This document shows positions 61,401 through 64,000 of a stretch of DNA of 64,000 nt, piece by piece. Made by a program: the position numbers and the translations under genes. Position 1 is the stretch's first letter; each line of letters starts with the position of its first letter. The notes beneath the pieces are model-generated. The model searched no databases, was not told where the DNA came from, and saw only the letters and a program-made list of their open reading frames with translations. This stretch comes from Dimorphilus gyrociliatus. Its lineage: Eukaryota; Animalia; Annelida. The stretch covers positions 139,737-203,736 of the forward strand of contig CAJFCJ010000036.1 of assembly GCA_904063045.1 (NCBI GenBank). Reading direction: 5' to 3'.

Positions 61401-62407
61401 TCACAGTTGTTTACATGTTAAAATTTTGAAAAGTTGTAAAATTTTACACCTAAATGACGGGAAAATAAAGGCAAAAATGATTGTGTTGATGAGACTATTG
61501 AAAGATGCTAACCAGTAGGTGAAAAATCTATAGTCACGTGACCTATTTTTAAAATTCTTACTAAACAATGAAAATACTACACATATAGTAAATGGTATCC
61601 ATAATATATTGAATACTAAAAATGTTGAAATTAATAGTTTCATTACTCTAATATTTCTGTTGGAGACTGATTTTTGAAATTTCAATTCCGTTATTTTAAC
61701 ATTCCGATTTTTTAAGTAAAAAAGGATTTTAAAAGTTGAGAAAAGAGTAATTGAATATACTAAAATTGGCCCTGTAAATATATAAAGCATAGTGATAAAA
61801 TTAAGAACGTAATCTTGAGCACAAATCAATTCAACTTCTAGAAAAACATAATAATGAAACAGAGAACTAGTTTTAATGAAAGGTAAACAACTAAGACCGT
61901 ATAGGCCTAACCACATGAGAACTGTTAAATAGAAAATTCTTTTTTCCATCATAATAATTTGATATCTAAAAATAAAAGAGAAGGATTATAAAAGATAATT
62001 GAACAGATCAAATTCAATCAATTTATCAATCATTACCTTCTTGAATATCTTATAGCGAAATAGCGATCACACGATATTATTGCTACACTCCATAGAGATA
62101 CTATCAAACTTGTTGAATGTATTGATCCTACTATTTGACAATAAACACCGTTGGGGAAATATTCTCCAATTAATGACGTCATAAAGGAAGTTGGTACTGA
62201 GAGTACACTTACTAAAAAATCAGCCATTGATATATTCATTAATAATATTTTCGATGTTTTTGGTATTTTTTTAACATATGGAAGAAAAATTAACACCGAT
62301 AATGTTGAAAGTATCGATGAAAATACCGGAACGCCAATTATTGTTGATTTTAAAGGATTTGAAATCACGTGATTAATAGTATCATTCCAATTTGTTGTAT
62401 TAGTCAT
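61401..62407 (-). CDS. Rhodopsin-family (class A) GPCR, 2 exons (62407-62037 and 61965-61401)
   Basis: N-glycosylation sites, TM2 NISMADFLV, TM3 C...SCDRY, TM6 FNILWIPF, TM7 WLASFNSLINTIIF. The phase-2 intron joins in frame. Confidence 0.88.
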
Positions 62408-62565
62408 CTTTTTTTGTCAGTGCAAAACTGCCAAATGACAAGAACTGAACTGAATTTATTAAGACGATACGCAATTTGACATTTGATATCACGACAGAAA
62501 ATGTCAGGTAAAATGAAGACAAAATTTTAACAAAACAATTATAGAGTGTTCTAAAATTTCAATAA

Positions 62566-63400
62566 TTAACAATTTTTGTGAAAGATGTGCATATATTCTT
62601 GTATTTTAAATCCCTCCTTATCTTCTCTACAGCACACTTTAACTTGGTTAATTAATGAGTTATTGAATGTAATTCTATAATAAAATATAGAGCTAGTGTC
62701 TTTTTGCTGATAATTACAACAGAAAATGTTTCTTTGATAAAAGTTATCACTAAAAACTCTTTTTTCTAGTTGGCACGGACCTTTCAATTCATTCTCTTCA
62801 AAGTTTTTATATAATACATTAACATTCAATTGATTTTTGAGAACTTTATCAAAATGTAAAGTAATCTCTGGGTTGACTTTTTCAACATCAAATGTTAAAT
62901 TACCAAGTCTAAAACTTTCAATAATAGTTGATTTAGATGATAAGCCCTTGCGTGTAGAGTATAAATGATCTTGAAGATAAGTGTTAGATGTTTCATAACA
63001 TTAATCGAGTTCGTGAAATTTTATTATTCTTCCTTCTGTTATTTTGCATAATAAATGAAAAAAACTCTTGTAATTATCTCATATTTTTGAAAACATAAAA
63101 TATTTACCTAAATCTTCAATTCTGAATATATGATCATGTTTTGATACAGTATTCATCAACTGAATTTTCTTTGGTAAACCATTGATTTAAACCAAAATGG
63201 ACAGCTGTGCCTATTCAGATATCATTGATGTCAAAAAGGTTGGAAGAGTTGAAAAATAGGCCCTTCTAAAATCCAACTCTAAAAAGGAAGCAAATTAACT
63301 AAGATTTCTCTAAAATTGTCTTGAATATAAGGTGGAAGAATATATTTTTGGTGTTGAGTACTTTGAATAACATATTCTTCATTTCTTAGATCTTAATATA
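62566..63400 (-). pseudogene. Degraded third paralog of proteins X/Y (FAMeT remnant and C-terminal domain)
   Basis: YILPPYIQDNF followed by a stop (X has YTIPPYIQNNF). IIESFRLGNLTF...NPEITLHFDK...GPCQLEKRVFSDNFYQR...NQVKVC matches X 40611-41063, with an in-frame TAA near 63003. Confidence 0.75.
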
Positions 63401-63768
63401 AATACTTTTATCTTTTTAATGCAACACCTAAACCAGTATTATCAAGGCTTTTTAGCCTTTGCATTGACATAATTTATTCTAACATTTTGCATACACTTTG
63501 ATCGTGAATTGATAAAACTCATTCTTTTGTTTTTTGGTGCTTTTGTCATGATTTCTACAGCATTGTTTAATTTTTTATTACAAAAGTTTATTTGATTTTA
63601 AGCCTATAAATATTACAATTAGTTTTATTCCAGGGGTTTTCTGTCATACATCATTAGAAGTGTAGGTTATAGATTGACAATTCAAGTGTATTTAGGATAA
63701 AAGTTTTATTCTTTGAAATTCAATATGTCACTTAGGAGCTAAAGAGAAGATTTTACTCCAAAAAATGT

Positions 63769-64000
63769 TTATGTTTTTCGTGAACTGAATGTAATCTTTT
63801 TTAATATATCGATGTAAAATTTCTTGGTTTGAAGTCTTATAGACGATTTTGTATATCCGTGAACAAGAGCGTTTACTGTGGCATTTGAAAGAACAATTGA
63901 AATGAATGAGTCAGTGAGTAATTCAAACTTATAATCTGAGAAATCAAGTTTTTCTTTGACTCTGTAATGATTTGCAATAGTCAGTGTGGCTGGCATAACC
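63769..64000 (-). CDS. Probable C-terminal end (TM7 and helix 8) of a GPCR continuing past the right edge
   Basis: FISIVLSNATVNALVHGYTKSSIR resembles a TM7 NPxxY variant followed by helix 8. Confidence 0.45.
   Translation of the reverse strand, partial: VMPATLTIANHYRVKEKLDFSDYKFELLTDSFISIVLSNATVNALVHGYTKSSIRLQTKKFYIDILKKITFSSRKT

Noticed and set aside
1-64000. rRNA or tRNA genes
   Set aside because: No cloverleaf or T-loop motif and no rRNA-like GC-rich tract were seen by eye. A tRNAscan-SE/Infernal run would be decisive.

Overview
AT-rich animal (eukaryotic) genomic DNA with short GT-AG introns of about 50-70 nt. The style fits a compact invertebrate genome, possibly a miniaturised annelid such as Dimorphilus (inference only). 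The window is dense in receptor and innate-immunity-type genes, mostly in tandem paralog groups. It holds three GRL101-like LDLa-LRR-7TM receptor paralogs (one truncated by the window edge); the two whose 3' ends are visible appear to carry an extra SRCR/lectin-like ectodomain and a C-terminal pseudokinase remnant. It also holds an intronless RING-LRR gene, a TRPM channel with a duplicated N-terminal SLOG module, several secreted lectin-fold genes, an intact intronless death-fold/NACHT/LRR (NLR) gene, a disrupted gene with LRRs ahead of a NACHT, a CASPR-type fibrinogen-like gene and two rhodopsin-family GPCRs (one partial). Mobile DNA includes two Tc1 elements, a Ty3/Gypsy RT-RNase H remnant, several MITE-like elements and a dispersed repeat carrying a 42-bp minisatellite. 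I saw no rRNA, tRNA or CRISPR array. Exon boundaries and identities were read by eye and are approximate; no database search was run.
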